A DNA stretch of 64,000 bases from Planctomycetota bacterium. Lineage in GTDB: Bacteria > Planctomycetota > UBA1135 > GCA-002686595. How positions within the stretch are numbered: the first letter of the stretch is position 1; each line of letters begins with the position of its first letter. The position numbers and the translations under genes are program-made. The notes under the pieces were generated by a model, which had not been told where the DNA came from, searched no databases, and saw only the letters and a list, made by a program, of their open reading frames with translations. This document shows, one piece after another, positions 60,208 through 64,000 of this stretch. The stretch covers positions 16,382-80,381 of the forward strand of contig JANQEJ010000327.1 in assembly GCA_028278425.1 (NCBI GenBank), written 5' to 3'.

Positions 60208-60279
60208 TTGCGCGAGAGGGACTTGAACCCCCGGCCTCCGGGTTATGAGCCCAGCGAGCTACCACTGCTCCACCGCGCG
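60208..60279 (-). tRNA. initiator-type tRNA-Met (anticodon CAT), no encoded CCA
   Basis: Reverse complement: CGCGCGG-TG-GAGC-AGTGGTA-GCTC-G-CTGGG-CTCATAA-CCCGG-AGGCC-GGGGG-TTCAAGT-CCCTC-TCGCGCA-A. It has the C1xA72 mismatch, three consecutive G-C pairs closing the anticodon stem, and A11:U24. Confidence 0.85.
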
Positions 60280-60337
60280 AGCCGATCATAGCACGGCGCT
60301 GTTTAGATCGAGCGCCCTCAAATGAGGTGTCCGAAAG

Positions 60338-60598
60338 TTAGCTGGCCTGCAGCTTCTCCCACTGTTCCAGCAGGGATTCCCTAGCCTTGGCCACCGCCTC
60401 ATCGAAGCTGTCCGCCGAGAACCCCAAGGCCTTCAGCGCCATGCCGTGGTGCCTGATCAGGGCGCAGTAGACTTCCGTGTCGGCCACGTCCTCTTGCGTC
60501 ACAGGGTCCTTCTGCTGGCGCTTCCACAGCTCGACCGTGTTCGGCGCCCCGTCCTGCGTCGTCTGGACGGCCAACTCACGTAGAACTTCACTCAACAT
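60338..60598 (-). CDS. hypothetical protein
   Basis: ATG 60598 preceded by gaggagagag; 86 aa. Confidence 0.5.
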   Translation of the reverse strand: MLSEVLRELAVQTTQDGAPNTVELWKRQQKDPVTQEDVADTEVYCALIRHHGMALKALGFSADSFDEAVAKARESLLEQWEKLQAS

Positions 60599-60786
60599 CT
60601 CTCTCTCCTCTCGCCCCGGGGGGTCCCTCATCAACGTCGAGCTCCGCAGCAAAGGCAGCGGTCGTTCCCGACTTCAACTCGCGACCATTGCCAGCGGCGT
60701 CGCGTCACCTCATGCGGCTGGAAGTAGTAGCTGCGCGGCACGAAGGCCCACACGTGCCCGAAGAGCAGGCAGAGCCAGCGCATGAC

Positions 60787-61137
60787 CTACTCGCGCGACT
60801 CGCGCTTCTGCCGCACGAGGCCGGCGTCGATGAGGTCGAAGTCCGAGTACCATTCGCCGTCGCTCAGCAGCAACTCGCTCTCGGAACCGCCGATGTTGCC
60901 CACGGTGTACGTGCGCTCCTCGATCGGCTCGTCCTCGTAGTGCAGCTTCGTTCGGACCCAGACATCGCCGACCTCATCCTCCGGCCCGTCCTGCGGACGG
61001 AGGGCCTCCTTCAACGCTCGAATCTTACGCTCGATCTCGTGCGTCTTCGGGTCGTTCGGCAAACCGCAGCAGAACTTGCCGGTGATCGGACGGTCGCACC
61101 GGCCGCAGAGGAGGGTTTGGGCTTCAGCGCTCGACAT
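60787..61137 (-). CDS. zinc-ribbon protein
   Basis: LLCGRCDRPITGKFCCG at the N-terminus. Confidence 0.5.
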   Translation of the reverse strand: MSSAEAQTLLCGRCDRPITGKFCCGLPNDPKTHEIERKIRALKEALRPQDGPEDEVGDVWVRTKLHYEDEPIEERTYTVGNIGGSESELLLSDGEWYSDFDLIDAGLVRQKRESRE

Positions 61138-61312
61138 GCGTTCCTTCTCCAGAGCGAGCCTTTCCTGAGCACAGGCACTCGAACTCCCTCACCTTGTGCG
61201 CCGGCGCGATGACCGCCGCGCACTGCTGCGGCGCGAACCACCCGGCCAACAGCAGCCCCGCCAGGACCACGTGGAGCCATGACCAAGCCAGTCTGCGGTC
61301 TTCCGGGTTCAC
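61124..61312 (-). CDS. small membrane protein
   Basis: 62 aa; WSWLHVVLAGLLLAGWF. Confidence 0.35.
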   Translation of the reverse strand: MNPEDRRLAWSWLHVVLAGLLLAGWFAPQQCAAVIAPAHKVREFECLCSGKARSGEGTHVER

Positions 61313-61587
61313 GCGGCACCCCGCCGCTGCGCGCGCTCCCAGAAGAAGTTGACCGCATCGATCTCGACGAGGAACACGCGCAGGTGCACGTCGAGGGCCG
61401 CGGCCACGCGCTCGAGGGTCGCCAGGTCGATGCAGTGCACAGCACGCTCGATGCGGCTGAACACCGGCCGGTGCATCTCGGCGCGCTGGGCGACATCGTA
61501 CTGAGTCAGACCGCGCTCGACGCGCACCTCGCGAATCCGTCGCGCGAGCCGCACCCGGATCGCGATGTGGCGCCAGTCAGTCACCAT
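61309..61587 (-). CDS. XRE-family helix-turn-helix transcriptional regulator
   Basis: RRIREVRVERGLTQYDVAQRAEMHRPVFSRIERAVHCIDLATLERVAAAL. Confidence 0.7.
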   Translation of the reverse strand: MVTDWRHIAIRVRLARRIREVRVERGLTQYDVAQRAEMHRPVFSRIERAVHCIDLATLERVAAALDVHLRVFLVEIDAVNFFWERAQRRGAA

Positions 61588-61589
61588 GA

Positions 61590-62246
61590 TCAGGAGGCGT
61601 CGGTGGGGAGCTCGCCGTGCGGCTCGTCCTCTTCGTCCGCTTCATCGCCCACGCCGTGCACCTTCGCGGCGGCGGCGGCAGCCCCCATCAGCACGTCGCC
61701 CCCGCGCTCCACGACCTTGTCGATGAACGCGTCGGTCATGACGCCCGTGCGCGCGCGTAGCTCGGCGTCCTTCTGGTCGTTGAGCGTCTCGTGGAAGACC
61801 GCGTCGTGCGGGACCAGCGTATGGTAGCCGCACCCGTCGGCGGGGCACGGCCCCGTGTAGTTGGCGAGCTCGCCGCCGACCTCCTCGAGCACCTTGGCGT
61901 CCGCCGGATCGCGCGGATCGAACTCCAGCGTCGCGCTCCATCCGCACGAGATGCACCGGTAGTGCATCTTGTACTCGCCCTCGCGCGTGGGCGCGCGCTG
62001 GATGTGTGCGCTGCGCATGTCCTGGGCGCGCGACTCAACCGCTGGCTGCCGCGCGAGGGCGACGGGGTTGTAGCGCTCGATCGGGGCGGTCGTTCCCGTC
62101 GCGTCGGCGCCGGGCACGCCTCCCTTGGAGCGGTCGGCTCGCCGAGCCTCCTCCTCGCTCCGGCGGCGCTCGATCTCCTTGTACTGGTCGGAGAGGCTGC
62201 TGCTCTTCGCGAGCTCGCCGCCCGTCTTCGTGATGTCGTCGCTCAT
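61590..62246 (-). CDS. hypothetical protein with zinc-ribbon-like cysteines
   Basis: YRCISCGWS...GPCPADGCGYH. Confidence 0.5.
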   Translation of the reverse strand: MSDDITKTGGELAKSSSLSDQYKEIERRRSEEEARRADRSKGGVPGADATGTTAPIERYNPVALARQPAVESRAQDMRSAHIQRAPTREGEYKMHYRCISCGWSATLEFDPRDPADAKVLEEVGGELANYTGPCPADGCGYHTLVPHDAVFHETLNDQKDAELRARTGVMTDAFIDKVVERGGDVLMGAAAAAAKVHGVGDEADEEDEPHGELPTDAS

Positions 62247-62428
62247 TTGCTCGTTCCCGGCTTGTCCTGACGCGCGGCCTCCTCCTCGATGAGCACGCGC
62301 ATGAGCTGGCTCAGGTTGGGCTTGCCGCTGAGGCCGATGAACCGGCGCCCGATGGCCAGCTTCTCCGCGACCTTGACCAGCTCGGGCGAGGCGCGGAACT
62401 CGATGCGTTTCTCTGGCTTGGGAGCCAT
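62243..62428 (-). CDS. small ribbon-helix-helix-like protein
   Basis: KRIEFRASPELVKVAEKLA...LSQLMRVLIEEE. Confidence 0.4.
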   Translation of the reverse strand: MAPKPEKRIEFRASPELVKVAEKLAIGRRFIGLSGKPNLSQLMRVLIEEEAARQDKPGTSK

Positions 62429-62429
62429 C

Positions 62430-63230
62430 TCAGCTACTCAGGTCGACGTCGAGGGCCGACTGTACGAAGAAACGCCTCACGTGCGCGACGTCGAAGTAGT
62501 GCAGGAGCGTGATCTCCTTGCCGTCCTCGCCCTGTCCCTTCGCGCGCGCCTCAAGCACACCGTCGCCGAGGTGGCGCAGCGAGTCGGCCCGGAGACGCGA
62601 CGGTTGCTCGACGACCGCGTACTCGACCCGCGCCACATCGGCCTCGCTGGTAGGAGGGAGGCCCTGCGCGTTGCTCATCAACGGCTGCACGTCCTGCTGC
62701 TGCTCGTCGAGCACAAGCATCACCGGCACGTCGCCGAGGCTCTCGATGATGCGAAGCATGCGTCCCCGCGCCCGATGGGGATCGGTCAGCGGCCGGCCGT
62801 CGTTCGCGGAGCTCGCCGGTTTCTCGTTTGCCGTTCCGGGTTGGCGGATCTCCCCGTTCGGGAGAATCTCCACGTCCTCTTCGTCGTTCAAGATCGCCTC
62901 GAGTTCATCGAGCGTCGGCTTCCGGCTATTGCTCATCTGATCACCTTTGTCAGTTCGTCTTCTGCGCGCGACGACGCGCTCGGCGACGGCGAGCTCGCGG
63001 AGAGCATCGAGGTCGAGGGCGCCGCCCTGGTTGAAGATGGCGTCGAGCTTCGCTCGCTGCTCAGGACCACCGCAGTCGGGGCAGACGTGCCACCCCTTCT
63101 CGTTCGTGGTCCACCCGATCATCCGGAGGAACTCGGCCCGTTCTTCCGGGTCCATCCCGCGCACCTGCTGCTGGCGCATGCACAGCTCACCCGACTCGAG
63201 CTCGTTGTCACAAACCACGGCGAGCGTCAC
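62430..63230 (-). CDS. hypothetical protein (Cys-containing N-terminal part)
   Basis: GTG 63230 overlaps the upstream TGA (GTGA); an alternative internal start is ATG 62936. Confidence 0.45.
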   Translation of the reverse strand: MTLAVVCDNELESGELCMRQQQVRGMDPEERAEFLRMIGWTTNEKGWHVCPDCGGPEQRAKLDAIFNQGGALDLDALRELAVAERVVARRRRTDKGDQMSNSRKPTLDELEAILNDEEDVEILPNGEIRQPGTANEKPASSANDGRPLTDPHRARGRMLRIIESLGDVPVMLVLDEQQQDVQPLMSNAQGLPPTSEADVARVEYAVVEQPSRLRADSLRHLGDGVLEARAKGQGEDGKEITLLHYFDVAHVRRFFVQSALDVDLSS

Positions 63231-64000
63231 GACGCGGCCTCCTTCAGGCTCACGACGTCGGCGATCAGGCCCGTCGCGTACATCTTCCACGGCTCCATCC
63301 GGCGCTCCCATCGAGCGTCGAACGCGACGGCGGTGTTCTGCAGCGTGGACGCAGCACGCCGCATCTGAGGCAGGTGGCGGAGCGCGCGGAGCGTCGCGTC
63401 GGCAATCACGCAGGGATTGACGAGGGGAGCGATGCCCTCTTCGCCGTGAAGCGGGCCCACAAACTCAGGTTCGGGGCAGAGCAGGCCATCGGTCCAGACC
63501 CCTTCCCATGCCGGGTGTCCGTCGTGCTCGGCGCCGAAGTCCTCGAGAAAGTCGTACTCCCCCGTCTCGTACGTGGTGACGAGCGGGACCCCGGCCACCA
63601 TCGCAGCGAGCGCGACCATGCCGTAGCCCTCAGCGCGCGAGGGCTGAAGGACGAGATCGACGTCGGCCATCGCCTCGAACAGTTCATGCGGTAGCGACCC
63701 GCGCAGTGCCCCGCTGGATGCGACGCGGACCTCGGGATCGAGCAGACCCTGGTCGGCGCAGTGGTAGTAGATCGCGTCGCGCATCACCTCGACGGCGTGG
63801 ATCACCAGCTCGACGGGTCGCGCTGCATCAGCGCGGATCGTGGGCCACGCCTCGATCAACTCCTGTGTGCCCTTGCGCCCCGGCCAGTACCAGTCGCTCG
63901 TGAAGTGAGCGATTCGAAGCGGCTCGTTGCGGGCCTCGCGGCGTCGCTGCCGTTCGCGAACCGAGCGACGACCCTCGAAGAACACGTCGTGCACGCCGAG
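63227..64000 (-). CDS. GT-B (group 1 / GT4-like) glycosyltransferase, probably 5'-truncated by the window edge
   Basis: LVLQPSRAEGYGMVALAAMVAGVPLVTT (E..G....EAMA.G.P motif); the frame stays open to position 64000. Confidence 0.65.
   Translation of the reverse strand, partial: LGVHDVFFEGRRSVRERQRRREARNEPLRIAHFTSDWYWPGRKGTQELIEAWPTIRADAARPVELVIHAVEVMRDAIYYHCADQGLLDPEVRVASSGALRGSLPHELFEAMADVDLVLQPSRAEGYGMVALAAMVAGVPLVTTYETGEYDFLEDFGAEHDGHPAWEGVWTDGLLCPEPEFVGPLHGEEGIAPLVNPCVIADATLRALRHLPQMRRAASTLQNTAVAFDARWERRMEPWKMYATGLIADVVSLKEAAS

Noticed and set aside
60077-60289. 70-aa - strand ORF (contains ...AHNPEAGGSSPS...)
   Set aside because: It is the translation of the tRNA-Met gene and the adjacent terminator hairpins, not a protein gene.

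Overview
The window is visibly GC-rich (about two-thirds G+C by eye, with G/C-dominated third codon positions) and densely coding. Genes sit in long co-directional blocks, with many 1- and 4-nt start/stop overlaps (ATGA, GTGA, TGATG) and frequent GTG starts. The recognisable content is virus-like.

Recognisable modules:
- Receptor-binding: three paralogous right-handed beta-helix (tailspike or fibre-like) proteins, a LamG-like protein and small chaperone-like paralogs.
- Cell wall: an M23 peptidase and an SGNH hydrolase.
- Recombination: a tyrosine recombinase.
- Nucleotide metabolism: ThyA, Ndk, a Nudix hydrolase and an HD phosphohydrolase.
- Typical phage accessory families: RadC, Gp37/Gp68 (DUF5131), DUF3310, DUF1643 and DUF433.
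- A HerA/DUF87-like ATPase.
- A glycan-modification operon: glycosyltransferases, a SAM methyltransferase and a sulfotransferase.
- A protein kinase-like gene and a dual-specificity phosphatase.
- An initiator-type tRNA-Met.

I recognised no terminase, portal or capsid gene, and neither window edge looks like host DNA. This is probably an internal piece of a large phage or prophage of a high-GC host, possibly Myxococcota-like; that assignment is inference only.

The outstanding locus is 7929-10641. A 488-aa TnpB/Cas12-like RuvC nuclease (8227-9693) lies between two same-orientation arrays of a ~28-nt hairpin repeat (consensus GGCAGCTCGGCGCCGTTGAAGCCGAGAC), with 6 copies upstream and 18 downstream.
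- The hairpin stem shows compensatory double substitutions.
- Its wobble pairs only work if the + strand is transcribed.
- The spacing between repeats is very irregular (spacers of 6-55 nt) and includes internal duplications and deletions.
- I recognised no cas1, cas2 or cas4 anywhere in the 64 kb.

This looks like a virus-borne, non-canonical miniature type V or transposon-to-CRISPR-intermediate RNA-guided system.

Most other ORFs are hypothetical. Start codons were chosen by overlap coupling and SD-like motifs and are approximate. The many long ORFs antisense to recognisable genes are GC-driven shadow ORFs.
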